Counted from the first letter of the whole stretch, positions 1 to 12,180 are shown. The stretch: DNA of 61,676 bases, filler included, from Choristocarpus tenellus KU-1152 (GCA_964200185.2; 10 parts of 10 records of this genome joined end to end with filler, not necessarily neighbours in it); one strand, 5' to 3'. Program-made: numbers and translations. Notes: generated from the sequence alone by a model not told the origin.

Positions 1-41
1 AATCTGGTCTAACCCCACCCCCCCCCTAGAAACTATGGACC
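1..41. mobile_element. Probable MITE terminus (subfamily C-like), 3 nt beyond the TauE stop codon
   Basis: Poly-C followed by CTAGAAACTATGGACC resembles the TIR CTAGGATACTGTGGGCC of the 939-1214 element. Confidence 0.45.
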
Positions 42-44
42 AGA

Positions 45-2848
45 TCAAAATCCGTTTGTTGCTGCTATGTCCATGAGCGCACGACCAGATATCCCCGCAA
101 ACACCAAACCCACAACTCCAAAAACGCCCGCCAGGGCAACCTCCATTGTTCGGGGTGACAAACGACCCTGCAATCGTGGTGCAAGCTGTCCCCCTGCAAC
201 AACTCCTGGTATGAAGAATAAGAGAAGATTCCATGGAATCACATCCGCAGACCCTGATGCGCTTGAAATGATACCTCGCAATTGAGTGGAGGCCGCCACT
301 GTGAAGAGGGTGAGAATGTTGAATGGAAATAAAAGGTTGGTACAAGCGAAGGTGACAATATGGCATGGGAAACAACATTGTTGTCAAAGTAGGACGCATT
401 TCAGTAGTGAAACATGGATATCGTCTGCCTTCAAGTCTGCAAGGAAGTAGCCATTGATGCATGTGGATGTTGCAAGCACTTTTTACATGGGCACCCTACC
501 CAGAGGGGTTGGTTGCATCTGTTTTTTGACGTTTTGTTCAGGAAGGTACCCTTGTTGGTCTTATTTGTACGGTTGACTTTGCAACATCTGCGATGCCTTT
601 GCTCTCTCAATCGCTTTTTGACCTCTTGTTATGACGCTCGCAAGAATTGTACAATTACTGTGTAGGAATGCAGTTAGGATGGCATTTTTGTCTCCCTGAG
701 GTAGATCGAGAGTGCAAAGGCATCACAGATCTCGCAAAATCGATCATACAAGTAAGATCAACCAATATAACTCCCTAAGCAGAACCACAAAACAGAAATA
801 TCCCCCTCTGGGGAGGGTGCATGTGTTCATTTGTACCTGTGTGCGAGGGATAGCGTCTGTCAAGCCCAATGTAATAACGTGTGATTCATGCACTCCACGA
901 GCTTGTCTAGGCACCATACGTAAACTAAAGTAAAACCAGGCCCACAGTATCCTAGTGGGGGTCTCAGATATCCAATTGGGGCCTTTGTGACCCTGTAGCG
1001 ATTTTCATGTCATTCCAGTGAGCGTGTCAGATGTAAAGGGCAAAGTCCTTTATCTGGATGCACCTTCCTTTCCCCCCCCCCTGCCTGGACCAAATCTGAG
1101 GGAAAATCACCAGCAAAACGGGCTTCAAAGATGGGGGTGCTTCACAACACCCCATCAACCCCCGAATGGACAACCTGGGCTGAACACACCCCACCCTCTA
1201 GGATACTATATGCCATCAGTGCCTGAACATGGGGCGACCTCGGGAGTTTGCTTCTGCTCTGCAGAAAGTATAATACTATCGTGATGAGCCACCAGGTCAA
1301 GGAGGTCGCAAGAGCCTGCCCAGGTATAGGTGAAACCCCCTGTGGACTTCTACCTGTGGTTCATAGTTGCTGCCTATACTCTTTAGATGTGGCATTTCGA
1401 CTAATAACAAAAATGAAGAACATACAAAGTGAAATTATTAGTACTGGGTACCAAATGTAAAATAGTTAGTGTTGGCGTAAGGTTAACTCTAAAAGAAACC
1501 AATTGTGTGAAAAGCTTCGAAGTATTGAATAATACCATTATAGGTAAATATATAAATTGGTGGTATATCTCTTATAACGTCATACCAATCCGCCAATTCC
1601 TCCAGTATCTAGTTGGAAATCTCCAATTTGGCATCAAAATCGTCGGCATTATCTTATTTTTCTGGATATGCTTGGTTCTATGCAGCACTGTAAATGTTAG
1701 CGACTCAATTACTTTGATTCGACTAAATTGCGATAAATCGAAACCGAAAATTTGAGGGGTAACTATTGGTTGCTTATTCTTGCACAAAACATAACAATGC
1801 CTGCTGTGCAATGTGTCCGTAGACCTTGCTGACTCACACAACTGAACCTGTGCAGAGCGCATATACATTTTGATTAGAATTTGACTACATCAAGATTTCC
1901 GGCAGTCAATTTAACTTAAAATCAAAAACGCTCTTCGATTCACAACACTAAAAACTAATGATCACATCCCCCCTTCCCAGGAGGGACAGGGGCCAAGGGT
2001 TGTTCTTGTCGATTTGGATATACAAGACACCTGTAGTACTAACCTTGAATGAATACAATAGAATGCGGCGGCAACAGCTGGAGGAGATTGCAAGAAGTTT
2101 CACAGTGACAAGCTAAAGTGGACAAACCAACAGGGTCCTGCTGGCACCAAGCACTAAAGGTCGATAACAACAGAATTAATTCATCTGATTCGATTGGCAC
2201 AATGGTTTCCCCATGAAGTGGATGCAACATTCTCTCCCCTTGAGGTCAAGGTCACATGTACTTCCCCTTTGAGAGTAACTTCTCGGGCACTACAAGCAAT
2301 AAATCCTTTTGTTGAGAATGCAACTCGATTACTGTCAACAGGTGAAGATAGTACAAATCTCATTTAACAAATATGATGGGGGATGAAATGTCCATGCCAG
2401 CGGCTATCATATTGAGTTGCCTGCCTTTTTAGCTGAACGATATTCTTGCAAGGTTCGTCGGACTCTTTTTCAACTACTGGTGTCTCAGATACATAGGACA
2501 CCGAACATCTACTATTAAACACTCTTTGACGTTGGTTTGGTGGACAATAAACTATATCTACTACTGTGCAGTAGGAGCCTACAGCGTCAAGAACAGTCCA
2601 ATCACTCTCACATAGTATCTACTATACCTTTCCTCCACGGTATCTCAGCTTATGCTTTCAAGCAGTGACTCACCAAAGGCAGTAAGGAACACAACCAGGA
2701 CCGAGGTTCCAGCAGCAACAGGGAGAGGCACGCTGTTCTTCCTCACCAGCTGTGGGATCACCACCTCACCGATACCCACCCCAAGAATTCCGGTCAAAAA
2801 CCCTCCGAACGCAGTGGTGAGGCCTCCTTCCATACCAAATCCGGGTTT
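45..2848 (-). CDS. TauE/SafE (sulfite exporter / DUF81) family membrane protein, last two exons (5' partial)
   Basis: Exons 2848-2674 (KPGFGMEGGLTTAFGGFLTGILGVGIGEVVIPQL...PLPVAAGTSVLVVFLTAF) and 298-45 (VAASTQ...IPGVVAGGQLAPRL...). GT/AG sites join in phase 1. GxxGxGxG, AAGTS and GxxxGGxLxxR are TauE-type motifs. Confidence 0.8.
939..1214. mobile_element. MITE, subfamily C (276 bp), in the TauE intron
   Basis: TIRs GGCCCACAGTATCCTAGTGGG / CCCTCTAGGATACTATATGCC. Flanks ACCA/ATCA (4-bp TSD, one mismatch). Subterminal AATGGACA motif. Confidence 0.65.
1518..1655 (+). repeat. Unclassified dispersed repeat Z (inverted copy at ~19677-19820)
   Basis: GAAGTATTGAA...TATAACGTCATACCAATCC...CAAAATCGTCG aligns by eye with the reverse complement of 19677-19820. 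Confidence 0.6.
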
Positions 2849-3372
2849 CTGTGGCACCAAAAGAAATTGACAATAGTTGTGTAGGTAGGCGGACACATTT
2901 GCCGATAAAGAGCAGTATAGAGTGATAGTCATATGCGGAACATCCCAGCTACGTGAGTCATTGGACAAGGGAATGCATGAAGGTGAATAAGAAGTGTGGA
3001 AAACAATACACTATTAATATATATATGTATATAAAGAAAGTGAGAGAGAGGAAGGGACTTAACTTCTTGAGGCTTTCAATACTATCTGTAGTTGCAGTTG
3101 TAGAAGATGCCCCAAACTAGAACCTGAGATGGGAAAGCTTACATTTAAGAAAATCCCACCCAAGTGTATGTACATTTGTTGATTGTCCACAGTTTCTCTG
3201 TATAGACTTATTTCTCAATGTCCTCATTATATACCAAAGCTATGAGGACAGTACCAATGTACCCTGAAGACAGTGATCCTTTCTTCTACAGGTTGACTCG
3301 TGGGTTGATATATTGATACGTCCTCCCTGGTACAAGTTGTGGTAAGCTCTCCCTTTCCTCCCCCCCTGGGTC

Positions 3373-3443
3373 AGCTCAAAGTATCTGGGGGGGTGGGGTG
3401 GTGGCTGTCCATTTGGGGTCAATTTTTTCATGTCACGATTTTT
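3373..3443 (-). mobile_element. MITE subfamily A (short), truncated by the contig end
   Basis: AGCTCAAAGTATCTGGGG...TGTCCATTTGGGGTCAATTTTTTCATGTCACG matches the reverse of the 60771-60948 copy. Confidence 0.85.
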
Positions 3444-3543
3444 NNNNNNNNNNNNNNNNNNNNNNNNNNNNNNNNNNNNNNNNNNNNTTAATTAATTAAN
3501 NNNNNNNNNNNNNNNNNNNNNNNNNNNNNNNNNNNNNNNNNNN
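3444..3543. other. Artificial contig linker; also at 6968-7067, 11802-11901, 15529-15628, 32447-32546, 43717-43816, 49450-49549, 55116-55215, 58018-58117
   Basis: Identical 100-bp 44N-TTAATTAATTAA-44N cassette with stops in all six frames. Confidence 0.98.
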
Positions 3544-5089
3544 AAGCACCCCACCATGACACACTGGTGATTCTAAACACCCCCCACGACTGATTGGACC
3601 CTGCCTAACACAGTGGTACTCACGCCGACAGTCAAGAAAGGGGATTATCAACCATATCGAGAAGAAACCAAAGACAAGAAGAAACGTGAAAAACGAGACA
3701 AGGGTAAATCCAAAACCACTGGCCAAACTGAGACGGCACCTGGTCCAAGCAAGACACCTGGGCTCAATACCGATACTCCATCACCCAATTCGGCTGATGA
3801 CGTCCTAGGAGGCTCGCTTGAGCAAGACGGGATGGCGGGGGAACAACCCAGGGACCTGCCCCCCTGCAGTATGGTCAGCCCATCCAGCAATCGCTTTGCA
3901 GTATTGGAGGACAGCGGTGAAGCAGAAGACCAACTGCCCCTAACCAACCTGTGCGATGATTATTTGGAGAGAATTTTGATGGACTTCAGGGCCGGGAAGA
4001 TTCAGGATCATACTTTAGTGGTGTCAGCGCTTCAAGCATCAGCAGCGCTGAAACCGAACAAAAACCAGATAAGTCCAGGCGCACCCCAAACCACGAACCG
4101 ACCTTACATACTCAACACCCTATCGGCTAAAGATCTAATGTCGATAAAATTCTCTTGGTCGGATAAAGATGGTAGGCAGTGTGTCGCACTTCCGGACTTA
4201 ATCTCGGCTTTTCCGAATATCGCTCTCGGATTTGTTCGTTAGCCATGGTAAAAAAAGAATCGGTGCCAACGCGTGAACACGAAATCTACGAACAAAACTC
4301 AGATAAGTACAGCACGTCGTTCTAGCCACCATTTACGGTGAAAAATCCTTCTGCCAAAGATATTAAAGATATCCAAGTCTTTGGGTCAAATAAAGAAGGG
4401 AGACAAGACGTAACTGTGTCTGATTAGAGGACACACACTCACACACACACACACATATATATATATATTGTCCTGTCCTAGTTCATGGTATCCTACTCAG
4501 TTGCGAACAAACCTGTGTTTGATAGGTTGTCACTCAAATAGGCTAACTAGTGATGTGCACTTGAGCAATAAATGTCTCGGTCACACTTCTCTAATATTCC
4601 ATTGGTTTCCTTACCAGTAGTGAGCAATGTTGCGACAAATTGCCACTCAGATAGGCTAAGTGAAATAAGGCATGGACAACACCTGCCTAAACCAAATCAT
4701 TCTAATAACTCTTTGTGATCCGACCCAGAAGTGGACAACTAACCAAGTTGTTCACCAAACCGGCCACTTGATGAATTGGAACAAAGACTGTCTCAATCAA
4801 ATCATTCTATCCATTTTTTGGGCTCCAATCCTGCAGTGACAAAACCTACAAAGGCTAATCACTCAAAATGGCCAAATTACAATCCATTGCCTCAAACTCA
4901 TTTTTTCAATGCAATAATATCCTCAGCAGTGAAGCATTCTTCCAAATTTATTGGAACTGTGGGTGAAGACTTTGTAGCATCGCGTTTGTGTTGCACCAAG
5001 TCAGTGGATCAAATTCACACCTTTTCTGAAGCACAGAGCAGTACCATAGCAGCTACCCCAAACACTCCAGAGGAGCTTAAAAAAGCCCG

Positions 5090-6967
5090 TGATGAGTTGA
5101 AAGAAGTTTTTGGTCAAAAAGCCCTGGTAGATAGAGTATTATCTGATAAGGAACAAGAGGAACTATTTGACCTTGTTGCCAAATATCGACCTGTATTTTC
5201 ACTCACTTCTGAGGAACTAAGCTGTTGCAATAATAGCAGTGTTGAATTTCCACTAAACCAGGTACAGTCCCTGTGAACCGTCCACCATATAGGACCGCAC
5301 CCAAAATACGTGAGACAATACGTAGTTGTGTGGAGGACATGGAAAATCAGGGAATAATTCAACCCTCCTCAAGTCCTTGGGCGTCACCAGTAACCATAGT
5401 GACCAAACCTGATGGGTCTCCTCGATTCTGTGTAGATTTTAGGCTCTCATTGAACAAGAATTTGGTACGTAATTCCTGGCCGTTACCATCTATGGAAGAT
5501 TGTTTGGGTACACTAGGGGGAGCAAAATACCTGTCGTGTCTTGATGTTCAGTCAGCCTACTGGCAGCTACCCATCACCAACGCTACCGAACACCAAAAAA
5601 CTGCCTTTGTCACACCGGATGGAAAATACGAATTCAAAAGGCTGCCCTTTGGTGTTGCTAATGCACCATGGATATATCAACGCTTCATGCCTGAAACATT
5701 TTCAACGCTAGGAACGAGTATGGGCTTACTGATTTATCTTGATGACATTGTACTAGCTTCCCCAACGTGGAACCATCACATCCAACTTCTTGAGAGCGTA
5801 TTGTCGTTACTGCAGCAAGTAGGAGTAACCCTCAAACCCTCTAAAGCCCAATTTGACTCAAAATTAATTCATTATTTGGGACATGAAGTTAGCCCTAGTG
5901 GTATTGCTGTGTCACCAGAACGAATCCAGGCTATTATCGCTCTGAAAGCCCCTAAATCTGTGAAAGAATTACAGTTCTTTCTAGGTTCCATGAACTTTGT
6001 TAGGAAATATATCCCCCATTTGGCTACAATAACTGAACCCCTGGTATCACTAACAAGGAAATGTACGAAAAAGGCTAGAAAAGACAAAAGTCTAACTCAA
6101 TTATGGGGACGAACACAGCAAAATTCTTTTAATGAATGCAAACGTCTATTAACTATGGCACCAGTGTTAAGCTTTCCAGATTTTACTCGAGAGTTCTTTA
6201 TTCGCGTGGACGCTAGTGATGTTGGCATGGGAGCATTTTTGGCACATAAAAATGAGGATGACAGTTTACAAATTGTAGCCTACCATAGTGCCCTTTTTAA
6301 GTCCACTCAAATACGATACTCAGCAACTCAGAAAGAATGTCTGGCCGTCATTCTTGCCATCACACATTGGCGCCCATATATTTGGGGAAAGCACTTTACA
6401 GTTGTAAGTGATCATTCAGCTTTACGTTGGTTACATACAATGCAAGATACTTCCAATATGCTGACCAGGTGGGCCTTAGCCTTACAAGCTTTTGACTTCA
6501 CAGTGTTACATAAACCGGGACGTTTACACTACATTCCGGATATGTTATCCCGAACACGTTTGGAGGAATTTAGAGGCAAAGTATCCTAGAGGGTAGAGCA
6601 CTGTCCATTTGGGGGTCAAAATCCAATGTTGTGATTTTGATGCAATTTTACCTATCGTGTTTGTTAGGAAGTGTCAATATCCTTGTTCCAGACACACCTT
6701 TTCATAACGTACACATTTCACCTACTCCAAAACATTTTGGAGTAGGAAAATGTCATAAAAAAAACCCATGAGGAGCCAAGCACCAAAGGGATAAACAGGG
6801 CAAAACTCGTACCCTCTAAGATACTTTCACTCTTATGTTGGATGAAACACCACTTCCACTAGCTCCACTGTGCCGTAATATAGGCCAAACAGAGTCGGAT
6901 GTCTCCATACCCAAGATTTACCCTGCATATGATCTATCAGTGGATAAACTAGGTGAAATTACCAGAG
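5090..6967 (+). pseudogene. Gypsy pol: reverse transcriptase + RNase H, frameshifted and MITE-interrupted
   Basis: SSSPWASP, RFCVDFR, LPFGVANAP, YLDD, VDASDVGMGA, YSATQKECLA, SDHSAL, HKPG..IPDMLSR. A 1-nt deletion near 5255 breaks VEFPL(K)PGTVPVNRPPY. MITE at 6573-6832. Confidence 0.93.
6573..6832 (+). mobile_element. MITE subfamily B (260 bp) with TTA target-site duplication
   Basis: TTA|GAGGCAAAGTATCCTAGAGGGTA...TACCCTCTAAGATACTTTCACTC|TTA. Central palindrome CCTACTCCAAAACATTTTGGAGTAGG. Confidence 0.92.
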
Positions 6968-7067
6968 NNNNNNNNNNNNNNNNNNNNNNNNNNNNNNNNN
7001 NNNNNNNNNNNTTAATTAATTAANNNNNNNNNNNNNNNNNNNNNNNNNNNNNNNNNNNNNNNNNNNN

Positions 7068-7087
7068 CCCCCCAGATACTTTGACCC
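7068..7087. mobile_element. MITE subfamily A terminus at a contig start
   Basis: CCCCCCAGATACTTTGACCC. Confidence 0.75.
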
Positions 7088-8009
7088 TTCAATTTCAAGA
7101 AAAGACACAGGGGTAAAGGCATGGACCATCTTATCCAATGAGGGGAGGGGAAAGCGCGGAAGACTCGGGCATGGAGTGCAGAAACTCTAATTGAATTACA
7201 GCTTTTTAGCTCCAGCACCAAATATTATATTTTCTTGTGTATACAGAATTAAACAACAGAGCATACGGATTTTCCAGTCTCATGAATGGGTAAGGTTGCT
7301 GTAAATGAAAAGATTTAATTTCTTTGAGGGGTTCATAAATAAAAAATATAAAGGAAAAAAAGTGAAAATATGAAGACATGAAACAAAGATATAAAACAAA
7401 CAAGTACATAATGGAAGATGTACAATTATGTTGCCTGCTACAGAAGAGTATAACATGCATCCCGCGTGGAAGGATGGCAAGAAAATCATAGTCCATATTC
7501 CTACACTATCATAATCAGGCGTCAACACATACAGAAATTGTGGGTAAAGAAGATCAATCTACAACTGTGGCCACTACAGGGATGGAGCTGGCCATGCACT
7601 ATCACTGAAACAAATGTTCAGGTCTGTCAAATTGTTTAAACCAAAGACTATTGTAGAGAAGGGACAAAAAAAGAAGAAGAAACAAGCGCGGAATAAATAT
7701 AAAGAAGGGAGAAACAGGTGCGAAAGAGTTATTTGGAAAAAATGGAGTCGGATCTCTCCGTCCATACAAGGGTGCGTATACGTGATCGACCAACTTAGTG
7801 TATGTTGATATTAGCCAGGGCAAACGTCCATTTAAATATACATATTGAACAACACTACCTCGGATTATTGATAGAGACTCACAAAAAAACTAATTCACAA
7901 CACCAAAACTTACTACCTGCAGTTTGTGGTTCAATAAAGTATGTGATATAGAAAAGACTGTTCGCGGAGCAGGGTGAGGTGTCTGTGAATCTAGTGCTGG
8001 GATTAGGTG

Positions 8010-8375
8010 TTTCTAGGCGATGTTGACGACAAGCAGAAATAATTTCTATGTACTGGGGCATTCACATGGACGATGAATGCACCGAAGGCATAATCAAAGC
8101 CTCTAAGGCACAATTAGTACACAATGTTCATAGGTGAACGAGATCCTCAGTCAAGTTTATATCCCCCAATATAGCTTCAATGACATAAGGGCAAATTAGT
8201 ATTGGTGAATTCGAACCATCAAGGTCCGGTAACGGCAAAGTACACCCAGAAAATTCGTTGAGGTTCTCCAAGTCAGGCTCAGGTGGTGTGTTCGGAGCAT
8301 AAGGTTTCAAGCGGGCCAAGTGGACGGAAATGCTTTCGATTTCACCTGTTTCAAACAAAATAGACTATTTCGTCG
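8010..8375 (-). pseudogene. Gypsy integrase C-terminus + chromodomain-like remnant
   Basis: SVHLARLKPY (integrase C-terminal VHxxxLKxY), then YVIEAILG...PQYIEIISACR across frameshifts. Confidence 0.6.
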
Positions 8376-8549
8376 ATCCTCACGGTGAACCTTTTTGGGG
8401 ATGGCGGGTCAGGTAATGTTTATTTTGCACTCAGACCAACCACGTCATGCCCATTACGCCTTATTTCACTCGACTTGAATCATTTATCCTATATACCACT
8501 ACTGTTCCAAGTATTCAAATACAAAATTGTTGTAGATAGTGGTAATTCT

Positions 8550-9070
8550 GTATCGTTTTGCTTGGTCACGAATTCTGGATTATTATGAATTATTATTTTG
8601 TTAGGATTGCACCCACTCTACTCCCTCCCCACTTGTGACCAACCAGTGTGACCCCTCCATCACTGACTTCCAGCCACCAGCCTATCCCGTGACCAACTAG
8701 TGCGAACCCCCTTCGCCACTGATTTCTGGTCACCAACCACACTCAATGACCAACCAACCAGTGTGATCCCTTCGCCACTGATTTCCAGTCACCAACCACA
8801 TTCAATGACCAACCAGTGCAACCCCTTTGCCACTGATTTCCAGTCACCACCATTTTTCACTCCAACACACCATTCAACCCCACTTAACCCCACACCACTT
8901 TCCACTCAACACCACTCAACACCACTCACCACCACAGCACTTTACACTCGACCACATCACTCAATACCACTCCAAAATCATCCAAGAACATCCCTTCATC
9001 ATCCACTTCAATATTGTGCCTTTGAACTAGAAGACATATACCCTTCCTGAACTTGACCTCTCTCCCCCTG
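8550..9070 (-). repeat. Terminal-repeat region of the DIRS/Ngaro-like element (homolog of 56525-56830), with ~4 internal ~50-bp subrepeats
   Basis: Shares TCACGAATTCTGGA+(ATT)n, repeated GACCAACCAGTGYGA...CACTGAT, and CAACACCACTCCA.AATCATCCAAGAA with the copy next to the recombinase. Confidence 0.7.
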
Positions 9071-9151
9071 TTCCCCAGCATCCCAGTCTGTCATGAGCAA
9101 TCGAAAGGATGGGTGGGTGGGAAAGATTGCTCGGAGGTTGCCTTGTTCTAG

Positions 9152-9333
9152 GACCTAAAGTATCTGTGTGTGTGTGTGGGGTGTCTACACCAGGGTGTCC
9201 ATTTGGACCAAAATCAGGAAAAGGGCATTACATTATCCATCCGACGTATTCAACCAAATCACCGAAAAATCGCGACATGAAAAAATGGACCCTAAAGGGA
9301 CAGCCGCCACCCCCCCCCCAGATATTTTGAGCC
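9152..9333 (+). mobile_element. MITE subfamily A, complete (182 bp)
   Basis: TAG|GACCTAAAGTATCTG...CAGATATTTTGAGCC|TAG. Confidence 0.88.
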
Positions 9334-10526
9334 TAGCCCTGCTTGTCCTGTCCCACCAACCTCAAGTTTGCCTTATGTTCTGATCCATCCCTTTTTACCT
9401 CGTGCTCCCACCTACCACCCATTTATTATATCTTCTTTCCTACCTCATACTTCATTCCTCCCAGAGTTATCCTCCCACAAACCCAGATTACTCTATAAAC
9501 TTTCCCTTTCTATTTTTCTATTTTATTAAAATTATAACTTTAATACAAATATATTCATTTATTGTTCAATGCACAAGGTGATTTGTAACGCCTGTACGAG
9601 AACTCATTTTTCAACATGATATTGTTGGGATGGAAAGGACGAACAAAATTGATAAATAGAGAGTCTGCACAAAATGAAATTCATTGTGGTGTTTTTCTAA
9701 TCGCGATAAGAAAATCCACCACCAAAATCAGCATGCGCAAAATGAAATTCACTACAAAAAAAAAATGAAAAAAAACACCACCTGAGGGTGACAGGCAAAT
9801 TCAAACCATCTTCAACCCGGTTAGTGGGCGCCACGTGACGAAAGAGCAGTCTGCCTTAGCCCGTGTTAGCTCCAGTCTATTGTGACCCTTCCCTGGACAT
9901 TCCTCAGTGGATTGAGCGATGGAAGGTAGGTCTTTGCCTGAATGGTGTCGACTTCTATTGCTCACCCTGTCTGTGGTTAAAGCAAGTGGGGATCGAAGCA
10001 CAGGAAAACGCTGGGGAACGGATGTGACTGGTCGAAAGGATATTGATGCATTGCTTTTTTAAATGAAAGAGGTCCGTATTTCACAGGAACTGAAGCAGGT
10101 TTTTGTTTATGGCAGCACAGACAGTGGGCGAGGAGTACTAGGTTAAAACAGGTTGAAGCGTCGGTACGAGGGTTGCCAGTACACTGTTGACAACCTCTTG
10201 GTGTGGCAGTGAAGTTTGGCTTGATACCTCATTGTGCATGGACGTCCTGTTCTGGCGAGGTAGTCCTAATTCCTGCCTAACGATCGGGGTTTCGGCTGAG
10301 GCAGCGAAAGGGTGTGACATCCTAGAAAAAATAGCACACACATCTGTCATGCAATTAAACCATTGTGAGTCTTGTCCTTCTACAATGCAGCTTTTTTTGT
10401 AGAATTTCGGTTGGCTGGGGTAAATGCTTACTGGTCACTTCGATTGGATAGTTCCTCTATGAGACCATCAAACCTTTGAGTGTTGCCCCGAGGGTCTTAC
10501 CGAGGCGATAATGCTTTTCACTATTT

Positions 10527-10995
10527 TTATTATTATGCCCTCTGACATCTTGTAGATGTGTCGAAGGAAAAAAAAACAATGAAAACTATTCTCACATCTC
10601 AAAATTCTCCGAAGAAGTAACAGTCGTCACAAAAGTTAAAAGCGTCAATTTCCTATTTTACTACTACATTTCTATGCTGTACTACTGCCTTCCTGTGTCT
10701 CAAAACTATTCCAGCACCGCAGAGTGAAGAGGTAGGGGAGGATCCCACGAATCTAATGAACCCTTCCTTGCCCATCTCCTTGGTGACTCCAGCTTAAAAC
10801 GCATGAAATGTCTAGATAGGGCTACTTGCGTTGTGACTGAGACTATCTGGTGTAGGCGGTATTTGACAGCACCTTTTCTGCTGTAGCCTCCAGTTCCTCT
10901 CCACCCTGCCCCGTGTGTAGCTAGCTCATCCAGGAAACGTTCCGATTGCTTACCGAGGCGCCCAAAACTTTCCACCGTGAAGGTATTGAGATCAT
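10527..10995 (-). mobile_element. 5'-truncated non-LTR retrotransposon (restriction-like endonuclease, CRE/R2-group): C-terminus + 3' UTR + (TAA)n tail
   Basis: FTVESFGRLGKQSERFLDELA...IVSVTTQVALSR fits the RLE C-terminal ExxG motif. The 3' UTR recurs at 35455 and 35916. Confidence 0.7.
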
Positions 10996-11190
10996 AACTA
11001 TTGTTTCGAACTTGAAACGGCAAATTTCACAACATTTGGTAATGAAAAACACTATAGTGGTACCAATAGCTTCGCGGTCTGTGTCAATTTTGATTTTTTT
11101 ACACTGTCGGGCCAGGAGAGTATGCAACAATATAAATATCAAATAAACGCTTATGCCAAGAGGGGTTGAAGATTTGTATGCAGGAATGTA

Positions 11191-11487
11191 TTAACTCCAG
11201 CGAACGGGAACTATATCCCGATCAAAGCAAAACGAAAACGCGGTGGAATAACTCCGGCGCAATTTTGATGGCCACAACCTCAAAAGGTACAAAAATGAAG
11301 TGATTGGCTGAATTCCCCGCAAAAGACTGGTCTGCGATAGGCCCTGCCCAAATACGATGCCTTTGGGCCTACCCCCCAAAAATGCAAGATTCTCGGACAT
11401 CTTTTTAACGTCTTGTGCAGACTTTCTGTGAACACACACACAGGTGACCCATACAGCAATATGGACCACGACAGCGAGAAAAGGAGA
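11191..11487 (+). repeat. Unclassified dispersed repeat X (inverted copy at 55246-55547)
   Basis: ~300 bp collinear by eye: GAACGGGAACTATATCCCG...GCAGACTTTCTGTGAACACACAC...AAGGAGA. Confidence 0.8.
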
Positions 11488-11901
11488 GTCACCGAGGCCA
11501 CTCTGCCCCCTGGATCTATCCTCGGTGCCTTCTCTGTGGAGAGACCACAGAAAAACAAGTGCCATGTGAGACTCAGTGCGATACTAGGTGACGAGAAAGT
11601 GCGTGTAATGTGGCGCAGCAGGATGATCAAATCGCGCAATGGACCACGAGGCTGCGACATTGATGCTGACAGAAAATGCATTGAAAGGATTACCGCACAA
11701 ACGTGGTTGGATCTTCAACCGATACGGAGCACTGCTCTGCAGTCTCTGCCGCCTCGGGAAAGCAGGAAGAGAGCGGCGAGTGCATCACCAGGTGGTACAG
11801 TNNNNNNNNNNNNNNNNNNNNNNNNNNNNNNNNNNNNNNNNNNNNTTAATTAATTAANNNNNNNNNNNNNNNNNNNNNNNNNNNNNNNNNNNNNNNNNNN
11901 N

Positions 11902-12180
11902 CTTTAACAACGGGCTCTGGTGTTGTGGGGGGGGGGGGGGAGGCAACACCAGGGTGTCCATTTGAACCAAACCCAGGAAAAGTACACTTTCACTATCCAT
12001 TCAATGTATGGAATCAATTCACCCAAAAATTGCGACATGAAAAAATTGGCCCCAAATGGACAGCTGCCACCCCTCAGATACTTTGAGCCAAACACGATGG
12101 CCAAAATTACATCAAAATTGCAACATTGGGTTTTGGCCCACAAAACGGACGCCGATCTACTCTCTAAGATACTTTGGCTC
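11902..12180 (-). mobile_element. MITE subfamily B half-copy containing a nested subfamily A MITE (11913-12089)
   Basis: The B sequence ..TAAC/AAACACGATGGCCAAAATTAC...CTCTAAGATACTTTGGCTC is split by an A copy ending CAGATACTTTGAGCC. Confidence 0.8.

Larger units (their letters stand above)
3544..6967 (+). mobile_element. Decayed Ty3/gypsy LTR retrotransposon internal region (gag/protease-like remnants + pol)
   Basis: Clear RT/RNase H at ~5090-6970. Upstream ORF 3613-4242 is low-complexity, ending in a possible degenerate protease motif (VALPDLISAF). No LTR is visible. Confidence 0.7.

Noticed and set aside
1990-2370. Plus-strand VLVDLDIQDTCSTNLE...NAAATAG as an RLE endonuclease relic
   Set aside because: Only vague resemblance, several stops, and no downstream ExxG motif.
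3285-3365. Possible upstream TauE exon (GRTYQYINPR)
   Set aside because: No convincing donor or acceptor; abuts a MITE.
3488-3499. Recurring TTAATTAATTAA motif and ORFs running through N blocks
   Set aside because: Artificial linker; ORFs containing X are artefacts.
5250-5280. Programmed frameshift between ORFs 4776 and 5273
   Set aside because: It lies within the pre-RT part of pol with no slippery heptamer; a 1-nt deletion is simpler.
8637-8850. CRISPR-like array
   Set aside because: Degenerate subrepeats with related spacers in eukaryotic retroelement DNA; no cas genes.
9801-10321. Two possible minus-strand exons
   Set aside because: Splice phases conflict and there is no recognisable protein.
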